Assembly (NCBI GenBank): GCA_963693365.1
Contig: CAVNZM010000001.1
Location: 823,245-887,244 of the forward strand
Source of the DNA: Amoebidium appalachense
Taxonomy: Eukaryota; Protista; Ichthyosporea
Direction of reading: 5' to 3'
Length of the DNA: 64,000 nt
Part shown: positions 53,416 to 64,000 of the stretch, in pieces
How positions within the stretch are numbered: position 1 is the first letter of the stretch
How the letters are laid out: every line of letters begins with the position of its first letter
Notes under the pieces: generated by a model
The model's database searches: none
Seen by the model: only the letters and a program-made list of their open reading frames with translations
What the model was told of the DNA's origin: nothing
Translations under genes and position numbers: made by a program

Positions 53416-54446
53416 GGGGAAGAGAAATGGAGCAAACAACGTGCGTACAGGCTTAAACGGACAAAAATTGCAAACCGGATTGGGTTTAGCCAATCACTAT
53501 TTGCTATCAGAAGCGGATTCCCATGGTGTACATATTGTGATTGGATCGATTCTCGGCGGATCGGTGAGGTTGGCGATATGGTGGACATATTTCGGACACC
53601 GTTGCCATACGTTCCGACGGAGCTTAAGTTATAACGTGAACGCTGTTTACTCGAGGCCTATCCCCGCTTTACGTAGAAAGGTCATGTGTGGGGGAAGATG
53701 TGAACACCCAGACGTGTATGTACACCCGGGCAGGCCTGTGTACTCGTTGTTATGTTAATAGTTGGTTGATGGAGTACATCTTCAACGCGACGTATACACG
53801 CGTGCGTGCGATTCAGGAAGGGGTCCCCATATGGCTCTCGTATTATTTATATTCGTGTGATATATATATTCTATGTACTATCTATTACCAATATACGTTA
53901 CGTATTGGTACAATATCACCAATACTAATTAAATATCGTCACGCGTGATGGTGATGGCATCCATGTAGCTCTGCGGCAGTGTGTGTGTGTGGTGCGTGTG
54001 TGTGTGGTGTGGAGAGGCGGCCTGGGGTGGGGGGGGGGGGGGGGGGGGGGGGGAGGGCCCGGTGGGGGGGGGGGGGGGGGGGGGGGGGGGATAGGCAAAT
54101 ACCAGACAGTGATGCATAATTGCACATTCTTTTGCAGCTACAGTTTGATGATATTTACCCACCGTGTGCACCACACATGTGACCCCAGTCTTCCGAGGTG
54201 GTGTCACAGGTGGGCGCCAACACCAATAAATTGACTGGTGACGGGTGTACAACCAAAGAAACTCAGCAGCACATATAATAACGTTGATGCTATACCCTGC
54301 CTAGTTAACGTAATAATAAGTGCACCATCGCACGCGTGACCCCCTCCCCCCCCCCCCCTCCCCCTGGGGGGGGGTGTTTTTGCTGCGCGGTACCCCTGAT
54401 ATTGTAGGTGTACACTGCGCCCACAACCCCAACTGTGTGCTGAATA

Positions 54447-55775
54447 TCTCGTGCTAGGAAACCAATAACACGAAACTAACACATGCCGCATGATATATGA
54501 TATATATGGTACAAGGGGGGTTTCAATCCGGGCTACAATGATGTGTTTTTTTCGTGTGACCCTCGTACTCCAGAGGCACATTCACCATCCCCCCCATAAA
54601 CTTTGTGGTAAATTTCTCGTGCTAGAAGCTGTTCTGTGGGTAGTTAATGAAAAAACCAATAATGTCCAATTAACACATGTACATATACTATGCTACAAGG
54701 GGGTTTCTATACGAGCTACAACGTTGTGGTTTTTTCGTGTGCCCCTCGTACTCCAGGGGCACATTCACCATCCCCCCCATAAACGTTGTGGTAAATTTCT
54801 CGTGCTAGAAGCTGTTCTGTGGGTAGTTATTGAAAAAACCAATAATGTGTAAGTAACACATGCCATATATTATGCTACAAGGGGGGTTCTATTCGAGCTA
54901 CAACGTTGTGTTTTTTTCGTGTGACCCTCGTACTCCAGGGGCACATTCACCATCCCCCCAATAAACGTTTTGGTATATTTCTCGTGCTAGAGGCTGTTCT
55001 GTGGGTAGTTATTGAAAAACCCAAAAATGTGTAAGTAACACATGGACATATACTATGCTACAAGGGGGGTTCTATACGAGCTACAACGTTGTGTTTTTTC
55101 CGTGTGACCCTCGTACTCCAAGGGCACATTCACCATCCCCCCCATAAACTGTGTGGTAAAGTTCTCGTGCTAGAAGCTGTTCTGTGTGTAGTTATCGAAA
55201 AAACCAATAATGTCTAGGTAACACATGGACATATACTATGCTACAAGGGGGGTTCTATACGAGCTACAACGTTGTGTTTTTTTCGTGTGACCCTCGTACT
55301 CCAGGGGCACATTCACCATCCCCCCCATAAACGTTGTGGTAAATGTCTCGTGCTAGAAGCTGTTCCGTTGGTAGTTATTGAAAAAACCAATAATGTGTAA
55401 GTAACACATGTACATATATTATGCTACAAGGGGGGTTCTATTCGAGCTACAACCTTGTGTTTTTTTCGTGTGGCCCTCGTACTCCAGGGGCACATTCACC
55501 ATCCCCCCCATAAACTTTGTGGTAAATTTCTCGTGCGAGAGGCTGTTCTGTGGGTAGTTTTTGAAAAAACCAAAAATGCCTAGCTAACACATGGATATAT
55601 ACTATGCTACAAGGGGGGTTCTATACGAGCTACAACGTTGTGTTTTTTTCGTGTGACCCTCGTACTCCAAGGGCACATTCACCATCCCTCCTTATAATTT
55701 GTGGTGAATTTATCGTGCTAGAAGCTACTCTGTGGGTAGTTAGTGAAAAAACCCGATGCTTATAAGTAACACATG
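54447..55775. repeat. 183-bp tandem satellite, about 7 copies
   Basis: gctacaac(g/c)ttgtg recurs at about 54714, 54897, 55080, 55263, 55446 and 55628. Confidence 0.92.
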
Positions 55776-56001
55776 CACAAATTGTCATCATAGCATTATA
55801 CTACCATAGTAGTTGGTCGACAATAACGATATCTTGGGAACGTGGACACCATATTGTAAACCAAAAAATAATAACACCATAATATACTACACATACCTAA
55901 CAATGTATTGTGAATGAATAAAATACTTGCTTACGTGCTGGTAACATACGAGAAACAAGGATTCTCTTGGTTTTTTTTTTTCTTTCTTTTTTGTTTGTTT
56001 T

Positions 56002-56061
<60 letters not shown>

Positions 56062-56439
56062 CGTGTGTGTGTGTGTGTGTTTAAGGGGGGGGGGGGGGGG
56101 GGGGGGGGGGGGTCGTTTTGCAGATATATCGACTAGAGTCCCTCATCAGGGGACACATTCACAGTACTTTATTAAGATCGGCCTTCAAGGCCAAAAAAGC
56201 TCAATCTCGAGTAAGATTAGATAGCATTTTATGAGGCCGGCCAGGCCTTAACTACAAAAAGGAGAAAAAACAACACACAGCTAAACATAGATCTAATATT
56301 AGCTAAATCAATCGACACACTGGTACATTGCCTGGAGTAAACAGCATCTATCCCACTGGTACATGTACTGTCATCATCCAACCAACACCCGTGTAGTACC
56401 TTTGTCAAGCGTTCCTACGATACTACATAAGAGAAGAGA

Positions 56440-56725
56440 GGGTTATATGTGTACGTGTGTACGTGTGTACGTGTGTGTGTATGTGTGTATGTGTGAGGGA
56501 GGGAGGGAGGGAGGGTTGGGAGGGAGGGAGGGGAGGGAGGGTTGGGAGGGAGGGAGGGAGGGAGGGGGGGAGGGAGGGAGGGAGGGAGGGAGAGAAAGAG
56601 AGAAAGAGAGAGTGTGCATGTCTGTATGTGTGTGTGTGTGTGTGTGTGTGTTTGCGTGTGTGTGTGAGTGCATATGTGAGTGTGCATGTGCATGTGCATG
56701 TGCATGTGCATGTGCATGTGTGTGT

Positions 56726-56784
<59 letters not shown>

Positions 56785-57250
56785 GGAGGGAGGGAGGGAG
56801 GGAGGGAGGGAGGGAGGGAGGGAGGGACGGAGGGAGGAAGGGAGGGATGGTTGGGAGGGAGGGAGGGAGGGGGGAGGGAGGGAGGGAGGGAGGGAGGGAG
56901 AGAAAGAGAGAGAGACAGTGTGTGTGTGTGCATATCTGTATGTGTGTGTGTGTGTGCGTGTTTGCGTGTGTGTGTGTGTGTGCATATGTGAGTGTGCATG
57001 TGCATGTGTGTGTGTCTGTGTGTGCATATGTGCATGTGTGTGTGTGTGTGTGTGTGTATGCGTGTCTGTGTCTGATGTGTGGATGTCTGTGTATGTTGTG
57101 TGTGTGTGTATGTCTGTGTGTGTGTATGTGCTCAGTTGAAAGGGAAGGGGGGGAGAGGGGGGATGCACCGTGTGTGTGCATGTGTGCACGTGTGTGTGTG
57201 TGTGCTCTGTGGAGAGGGGAAGGGGAGGGGGGAAATGCACCGTGTGTGTG

Positions 57251-57304
<54 letters not shown>

Positions 57305-57447
57305 TTGTGTGTTTGTCTGTGTGTGCATGTCTGTGTGCGTCGTGTGTGGTGTGTGTGTGTATGTGCATGTCTGTGCATGTGTGCATGTGCTCGGTGGAGA
57401 GGGAAGGGCAAGGGGGGGATTCGTGTCCGTGCATGTGTGCATGTGTG

Positions 57448-57504
<57 letters not shown>

Positions 57505-57730
57505 ATGTATGTGTGTGTGTATGTGCTCAGTTGAGAGGGGAAGGGGGGGGGGGGGGGGGGGGATGCACCGTGTGTGTGCATGTGTGCACGTGTGTGTGTG
57601 TGTGTGCTCTGTGGAGAGGGATGGGGGAGGGGAGGAAATGCACCGTGTGTGTGCATATGTGTGTGTGTCTCTCTGTATGTGTGTGTGTGTGTGTTGTGTG
57701 TTTGTGTGTGTGAGCATGTCGTGTGTGTGT

Positions 57731-57786
<56 letters not shown>

Positions 57787-57925
57787 GGTGTGTGTGTGTG
57801 TCCCGGTGTGCATGTGCGTGCGTGTGTGTGAGTGCATGTTTTTGGAGTGCATGTTTTTGCATTGTGTGCGAGCATGTGGATGCCTCGGTGAGAACAAGAT
57901 TGGACGGTGTCGAATGCTGTGTGTG

Positions 57926-57961
<36 letters not shown>

Positions 57962-58140
57962 CTGTGTGCGTGTGTGTTTTTTTGGGGGGAGAGGGGTAGT
58001 AGGAGGACCAGAGGGGGGGGGGGGGGGTGGTGGTGGTAAAGAGTACGAGAGAAAGGGGTAAAATTTCAGACATGTGGAGGCTTGAGCAAAAGCAGGTTAA
58101 GTCCATAATGGGTAAAACCGGCGCTGGAACGAGAGGGGAA

Positions 58141-58198
<58 letters not shown>

Positions 58199-58390
58199 GT
58201 GATGTGTGCATTCGAGGGTGGCAGCCAAAGAAGCAAAGCATCGCAAAGGACATTGGAATAGAGGGACACAGGACCAAAACAGGATCAATGGGAGAAGAGG
58301 GAAAAAAATTAATAGTTAACGGGGAGGGATAAGAAGAAATACTGCAAGTAATCGAGGCGAACAGGTATGGGGGGAACCGGGCAGGAAGAA

Positions 58391-58423
<33 letters not shown>

Positions 58424-58560
58424 GGAGTGAAGGACGAGAGGGTGGGTCACAAGGACAGAGATTATTCAGTAGAGACTAAGGCTTCAGCCGGGAAGGGAGG
58501 GGGGGGGGGGGGGAGGGGGGGGAGAGGGAGGGGGAGAGGGAGGGGGGGGGGGGGGGGGGG
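56440..58560. repeat. Compound (GT)n/(GGGA)n/poly-G microsatellite with higher-order duplications
   Basis: Visible simple repeats; blocks at 56490-56780 and 56810-57060 are duplicated, as are 57125-57360 and 57520-57730. Confidence 0.85.
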
Positions 58561-59021
58561 TCATAAAAGGACAAGGAAAGGAGGTGATTTCAGCAACCAG
58601 TCGAGGCTTGAACAAGAGTAGGTGAAGTTTGTAACGGTTAGCAAAACTGGTGCTAGAACGAGAGAGGAAACACACAGTGAAACGTAAAAGAGGGTAGAGA
58701 GTTGAGAGGAAGAAGGGGAAGTTTGTGTGTGTGCGTGTATGCATGGGTGGGTGGCACAGGTATACATGATGGTGTAAGTGATACCGTTGCTTACAGCGTT
58801 GCTAGTACGTTTCCCGTTGCTTGCAGCCTTACTGGCGCCGTTGCTTTACCGTTGGGGTGTGTCCAATGATGACAGTAATGGTGAGTGCAATGCCGTTGGT
58901 TGGACTCAGGGTGTAGGCAACCCATGTCATGTGAAAGCAACGGTGTCACTTCTACCATTAATGGAGTAATTGATGGTAGCACTAGCAGCATCACTCCCCC
59001 CCCCCCCCCCCCCCCCCCCCG

Positions 59022-59119
<98 letters not shown>

Positions 59120-59444
59120 GCCCACCCACCCGTGCACCCACACTCCCACACACAATTTTTACAGGCAAAATAATAGCACTTGCTTTATGATCGATTTGTA
59201 TCATTTCCTGCAATAATTATAATTATCAATATCCCCGGTCCCCTAGACCTGTATATGTTTTGTCGATGACTGACTTTCTAACATTTTTCATGTGTCATGA
59301 AGTGGCGTTTGTGAACCAAATGTGCACATGTTCAATGGCCGAGGTCATAATGACTTTGCATTTGCGGCCATAATTTATTGAAATAGTATAAAACTTGTGC
59401 TGAAAAGCACATCTGCCGGCAGCAACAAAGCACGGCTAACAGCA

Positions 59445-60171
59445 GAAATTCAATAAGCACATAAGCCGCTTAAAGAAGTATTTGCCCTCCCACCCTCTCT
59501 TCTCTATCCGACCTGTCCCCTCCTCACCTCTCCCCTCTTTCCTCCCCTCTCTCTCCCCTTCTCCCCTGGGCACAAATACAAATAAACCCCGCAATAGTGT
59601 GTGTGTGACTTTGGACTGCCACTTACTTATTAAACATGTACACAATCACAAGATAATCACGCAATATAACAAATGGAAAAAGATACCACACGACACTAGA
59701 CCCGATGAAAGCATACACCTTGAAAAACTAAGCCTTATGTCTCGTTTTATATATACTGACCGCCTCAACCATATTGCCAAATATGGCACTCGCAAGTGTA
59801 TAACACCTAAATACATATTACCTTCCTGTAGAACTGGTCTTTCTCTAGCTGATGGTATTATTGATCAATTACCACGCTTTTACTGTACACGTGCTATACA
59901 GTGGAGATCTAATAAGTATAAGGTGGCATCATTTGCATGCCCAAACAACACACACACACACCAGTTTAACCGGTCATGTATCGCCAAATGTAGTTTGATA
60001 GACCACATAATACCGCAACACACACACGTCACATTCACAACAGACACCCAGAAAGATAGCCTACCTGTAAATTACAACATCCTTGATTTTATACTAAACA
60101 CGCGTAACTACGACCTGTTTATTAGATGTATTGATTGCTTGAGAAACACATCACTACAAAATTATAGCGCA

Positions 60172-60242
<71 letters not shown>

Positions 60243-60274
60243 CCAGCTGATACCGAGTGTCCCGAGGGGAGCCC

Positions 60275-60313
<39 letters not shown>

Positions 60314-60512
60314 GGGGAACCCCAACTAATTGATTTCTCCTTGTAGTCTTTATGGTGTCTCGTAGAGAAAGTAAACCCTGATATATAGTCACCACCCGAC
60401 ATCTATGTACGTGATCATGATATACCGCTGAGGGGATATTCCGAGCAAACCCCCCCCCCCCATACCTGAGACTGGTTCTCTTTGCCTCGAGTAAACAGCG
60501 TAAACCCCCCCC
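59445..60512 (+). mobile_element. 5'-truncated LINE-like copy (same family as 2929-14663)
   Basis: Near-identical to 3180-3867 plus 14274-14663; open frame at 59482-60333; ends gcgtaaacccccccc. Confidence 0.8.
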
Positions 60513-61080
60513 ATGTCTTTTGCTAATTAATCAGACATAATTGGAATCAAGAGCTATTAATAGCCGAGTGTGACCCAGGCCCACACTGAGAACTCAAATA
60601 AGATCTACCTCCGGCAGCTATAGTGTATTTTTTGGCAAAACATCCCTGTGAATTCCTCTACATTTTACCCCCCCCCACACACACACACCCTGTCCTTCCC
60701 CTCCCAAATCCTCCGCTAGGAAACATGATGCCCAACCCCCCCCCCCCCCCCCCCCCCAAATAGGAACTCCCCCCTCCGCCCGCGTGCTCCCCCCCCCCCC
60801 CCCCCCCCCCCCAAATAGGAACTCCCCCCTCCGCCCGCGTGCTACGTACGCAATGGGGGTTCTAAAAAAAGATTCAAAAGAAACTTGAAACTAAAGAAAT
60901 ATTTGGTCTACCCAAGCACAGAGTTCAAAATGACAATTAGGACACTGGTCCCACCACAAACAACCCTTCCCTGCCAGAAAATGTGCTAATGGTACGTGAT
61001 TGTGTGCATAGCCGGGCGCCAGTGTTTGTGTGTATGCACAGCCGTATGCAATGCATGTCTACACTGTGTGTGTGTTGGGC

Positions 61081-61130
<50 letters not shown>

Positions 61131-61308
61131 TGTGTGTGTGTGGGTGCGCACCCGCGCACGTCTGAGACTCTACCGTGACAGTGTGATTGCGGATGTGCAC
61201 ATGCACGTGTGGGTTAGGAAACGTGTGCAGATGTGAATGTGCACCGCCCACCTTGTGGGTGGTGTGCTTGCGGTTCAGGCAACCATGGGGATACCTGCTG
61301 GTGTGTGT

Positions 61309-61369
<61 letters not shown>

Positions 61370-61402
61370 GAAAGAGAATTTACACCCACACTGCACCTAG
61401 AA

Positions 61403-61752
61403 CTAGCGGGGCAGGAAGACTGCATATGCATGCTTGTGCTGTCTTCCCACCCATGGAACATCAATCAAGGCAGCCCGACGTGTGAGACGCGCCGCAGGGA
61501 TCACATGGTCCTCACCTAATATGTTGGATTTTGCTACAACATACATGCCACTCTTCGTGTCGACCCCGTCGCTGGCTCTTATGCGGTGGCTTTCTGCCGT
61601 CTGCCTGGCTGGTCGCGCATACCAATCCACTCGAGCCATCGGAATAACCACATGTTGGGACAGCTGTTGCTCGTTGCTGTCATTGTTTGTTATCGGCGCT
61701 GTCACCGTTATGACCGCGCGGAAAAAATACCGGATGACACCGAAGTAGTGAC
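61403..61752 (-). CDS. Probable last exon of a CACTA/Plavaka-like transposase
   Basis: Acceptor cctacag|, then HYFGVIRYFFRA...MARVDWY...EDHVIPAARLTRRA, resembling the C-terminal domain of EnSpm-type transposases and the last exon at 46787-47469 (WYARTVLLF..LAFVRYY..DVIDVESI). Confidence 0.5.
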
Positions 61753-61764
61753 CTGTAGGTTTGA

Positions 61765-63875
<2,111 letters not shown>

Positions 63876-64000
63876 TGTTGGCTTTATGTACAGGGGCCGT
63901 TAATATTGGTGTTTTTATCAAGTAAGTTTGTCGAGAGGTGCATGTGTGTGTTTAATGGATAGGATGATACACAAATTCATTTAAATACCATAGTATTGTG

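Noticed and set aside
54447-55775. Possible CRISPR array (also 30131-30320 and 45369-46518)
   Set aside because: Whole units repeat with no unique spacers, there are no cas genes, and the context is eukaryotic.

Overview
Eukaryotic DNA made almost entirely of transposons nested inside one another; I can support no ordinary host gene. The main result is a 22.9-kb DNA transposon at 26966-49894, about 16 kb once a nested Copia is removed. It has perfect 15-bp TIRs (CATCAGCAATCTTGT) and a 2-bp AG target-site duplication (TSD), and it splits a Copia integrase. It encodes a spliced Plavaka-type (CACTA/CMC-related) transposase on + and, divergently on -, a six-exon unknown gene. That gene's first intron holds an intronless KDM4-like JmjC histone-demethylase ORF, so the element looks like a transposon carrying its own chromatin eraser. 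A second CATCAGCAA-ended element starts at 50586 in the same Copia copy. The window also holds two main Ty1/Copia families (A and B) nested alternately about seven levels deep, a complete Ngaro-type tyrosine-recombinase retrotransposon, a non-autonomous Gypsy-derived element, two 5'-truncated LINE copies, solo LTRs, tandem arrays and long GT/poly-G microsatellites. All family calls rest on motifs read by eye; no database searches were run.
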